A stretch of DNA of 64,000 bases from a virus. Taxonomy: Duplodnaviria; Caudoviricetes. Within the stretch, counting starts at the first letter, position 1. Every line of letters begins with the position of its first letter. The stretch lies in the IMG/VR virus record IMGVR_UViG_3300011008_000034, positions 96,001-160,000 of that record; one strand, 5' to 3'. This document shows positions 62,301-64,000 of the stretch, in pieces. Under the pieces are notes generated by a model. It had not been told where the DNA came from, did not search any database, and saw only the letters and a program-made list of their open reading frames with translations. The position numbers and the translations under genes were made by a program.

Positions 62301-64000
62301 CAATTTGATTACTTTGGTCAATAATTTTATCTTCTATATTTTCATTTTTAATACTTGAAGTTTCTGCGCTAGATGTCATAAATGATATAAGTCCTCCTAC
62401 CGCAGCTGCACCCAGTGCTATCTTTCCACCGCCCTTTGCTAAACTTTTTATAGTATTAGCATTAAGAAGTCTTCTTGGAGCATGATTATTTCCTAAAAAT
62501 TGAGATTTAATTGCACTTCTTGCTAATTGAACGCCAGCTCCTGCAACACCAGCAGTGGCAATTGCTCCAGCTATTGAAGTTTTAGGATTTTCTTGTGCCC
62601 ATGATAATCCTTTTTGAACAAATTTGCTATCATATAAATTCATTAGAAAATCATAAATTTGCATTATAATGTCAGCAGCTGCACGTAAAAATCCTTCAAT
62701 TAATTTTCCAAGCATATCATATAATGGACCGAATGCATCTTCCCATGCTTGTGCTAATTGTAATGTTGCGTCTTTTCTATCTGCTAATATTTTTTGTATT
62801 TCCGATAATTGACTTCCATTTGCTTCAATAGCAACATTTGCTCCAGCTATGGCATTTGCTAAATCTTCTTTCTTTTTTAATTCTCGATCATTTTTCCCAC
62901 CTAAGAATTTTTCTAAATCTTCTATTTTTCCTTCTTTTTTCATGGACATAGCCATACTTACTTCTTTATCGTTATAGCCATCTTCTTTTAACATTTTACC
63001 AAAATAAGCTAATGTTAGATTTGAATCTCCAGAACCACCTAGAAAATCTTCATACATAGAATATTTTGTTAACATAATTTTTCCCATATTACGTTGAAAA
63101 TCTTCTATATTATTCCCAAATCTATCTACCGAAATACGTCCTAACATCATGTTAGCAAACATATCTCCACCAAATCCAGCCATTCCTCCAAAGTAAGCTG
63201 TTTGAGATGCATTTTTTCCAAAATCAGCTCTAATTTGAGCAGAATGCTTTACAAATGAAGTAACATCTTCAATTAAATATCCTTTATTGGTAAAATGTGC
63301 TGTAATATCCATAGCATCTTCAGCAGACATTGATAATTCATATACTGAAGATACCATTCCACCAACTTGTTGTAGATATGCTTTTACAGGTACATTTGAA
63401 GATTTTGCATTTGCTATAGTAGTAGCAATTAATCGCGATGTTGTTTCTACATCATAATTAGAATCCTTATATAATGTTTTTATTAATGGATTAAAAGAAC
63501 TATCATCTAATCCATGAGCTTCTTTTATGGCAAATAGATTAGTAGAAAATTCGAACATATCTCTTTGATTTTGATTAGGATTTTGTCCATATCGTCCACC
63601 AATACTATTTGTTAATGCACCAAAGAATTTTGCCGGCGCTTCTTTTGAAATATTCATTCCTGAAATATGATGATAATATCTTCCCATTTCAGTAAATGTG
63701 CGTCCATAAGCAGGATTAATATCTGCACCAGATTGAACTTGATTTCTTGCTACATTATATCTAATTTGTCCTAACTGTTTTTGTTGTTCAGGAACATCTT
63801 TTAATAATTTATATAATGAAAATATTCCACCAAGACCTAACATAGCAGCTACGCTATTTAAAAATCCCCAGGGACCTTTCAAATAACTGAGAATTTTATT
63901 TCCTATAGATTCATCGTTATTTGTATTTTTTGCTCGTTCAAGTTTTTGTTTTCGTTCAACTAATTCTCTATTTAATTGTTTAACATGGTCAACAACTTCA
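59320..64000 (-). CDS. Tape measure protein with peptidoglycan hydrolase domains (5' end beyond the window)
   Basis: Long helical Ala/Gly-rich ORF, open to the window edge, with SHHSGWKVDI...HVD (M15-like) and LAQMIKESGW...NYGGLK...GYFT (GH73-like) motifs. Confidence 0.8.
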   Translation of the reverse strand, partial: EVVDHVKQLNRELVERKQKLERAKNTNNDESIGNKILSYLKGPWGFLNSVAAMLGLGGIFSLYKLLKDVPEQQKQLGQIRYNVARNQVQSGADINPAYGRTFTEMGRYYHHISGMNISKEAPAKFFGALTNSIGGRYGQNPNQNQRDMFEFSTNLFAIKEAHGLDDSSFNPLIKTLYKDSNYDVETTSRLIATTIANAKSSNVPVKAYLQQVGGMVSSVYELSMSAEDAMDITAHFTNKGYLIEDVTSFVKHSAQIRADFGKNASQTAYFGGMAGFGGDMFANMMLGRISVDRFGNNIEDFQRNMGKIMLTKYSMYEDFLGGSGDSNLTLAYFGKMLKEDGYNDKEVSMAMSMKKEGKIEDLEKFLGGKNDRELKKKEDLANAIAGANVAIEANGSQLSEIQKILADRKDATLQLAQAWEDAFGPLYDMLGKLIEGFLRAAADIIMQIYDFLMNLYDSKFVQKGLSWAQENPKTSIAGAIATAGVAGAGVQLARSAIKSQFLGNNHAPRRLLNANTIKSLAKGGGKIALGAAAVGGLISFMTSSAETSSIKNENIEDKIIDQSNQIGKSSQDVIKMSESGNAHIKLMAPGEQLIEYEQDNEEIEDVQSFAGNLLFGGILTYKLLNPMYQAYKQAKLNIAQQKINAKAIRRHNAKLTRPPKPPKPPKMSRIGRFTHRITSNIANKKQGLKTQFKYNVDTKIKTFQEFRSVYNANAQEAAKLSNVVKEVKGGTKFIGAFSFATAGISEYADYEMGNIRSDEERLMRVLIRGGLETTGAVVGGIAGGVLTAPAAGVGSFAGMMVGSYAGSKTADWVLEKLGMGEKLSEGTRQWAYSLTENSDMFGKNIEELIKSETKLGQDLRQFLKENGIDVENMTDIQNKIMSEMLDRFSKEHMTLAQLMNQIVLNNTQGLGINNQNNPKIEEMMNDNTQLGKFFEYMSEQEDNPQYKQVYTHIANYYYHPNAGSDDKEYWENEAYQLKEEGQKNLSELGKRVRNNYKDYLMQTGKWQIYEQRAKAMSSTSSYADSDDTEVSDDLIFEYAFEDFNADAATETMARLAKNAKDSPETFSAFQSWAKSQLDSQNHFDVSKTQLDRNIMEHNWNWDPKYTDHEKLRPEAIEMTNAVALAYMQSHGGEKITLTGAAEKIGSDGRPVHQPGEYSHHSGWKVDIVANDMEWVAKWLREHGYAAGIEDAGSRNAHVDANASGYDSRANFKPTTKPRGGSGGPPPSTPTTPTQSNSGFETAAAKLGVGLGKLRTAQIISQRTGIPVEYILAQMIKESGWTDDEAGGAYHNYGGLKAGDIGYGLWGKRSKDHTIFASDEQYADYWVRKVIAINDPQYKSRLLAAAAKNDVAEYVHVMKEAGYFTTTEESYRKSMVNIVQTLQKHGITGVAAGIPLIGGGYTPKPPKTFQQEMADANALMKKLAFSSYTGRLIDGVFVDKNQKPESLEERKAKASKINYNVNTYYQQIAEEQSAIKLSEDILEHQQLLSKEQEELKEIQKQKAEADKKNIALIIIKGFMKEKMSSDDMLQEIYSTLKTHKWTKDISMIEDTGVELGGAKA

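Noticed and set aside
1-64000. tRNA/rRNA genes, tnpA transposase, reverse transcriptase/DGR
   Set aside because: No such motifs were recognised by eye; a covariance-model and HMM scan would be needed to exclude them fully.

Overview
This is an AT-rich segment of a large, probably jumbo, contractile-tailed phage. AGGAGG ribosome-binding sites and sigmaA-type promoters suggest a Bacillota host. From left to right the window holds: lysis and accessory genes (GH25 lysin, M15A peptidase, free-standing intein-like HNH protein, TnpB, AcrVA2-like protein, nucleotidyltransferase, Zn-finger paralog array); a replication block (CHC2 zinc finger, DnaB, DnaC-like loader, SF2 helicase with two inteins); an orphan tail gene; a 1241-aa primase-like protein; a 1.6-kb non-coding, mirror-symmetric hairpin array; NAD-dependent ligase and an HrpA-like helicase; and the baseplate/tail/tape-measure module. 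The first main finding is a group I intron (53387-55105) that splits a ~1503-aa tail/baseplate gene. It carries an intact TnpB and an omegaRNA-like tail ending at the 3' splice site, with no TnpA, so it is an IStron-like element that may home by RNA guidance. The second main finding is the hairpin/inverted-repeat locus at 32545-33792 near the primase-like gene. All calls come from reading motifs by eye; no database searches or folding programs were run.
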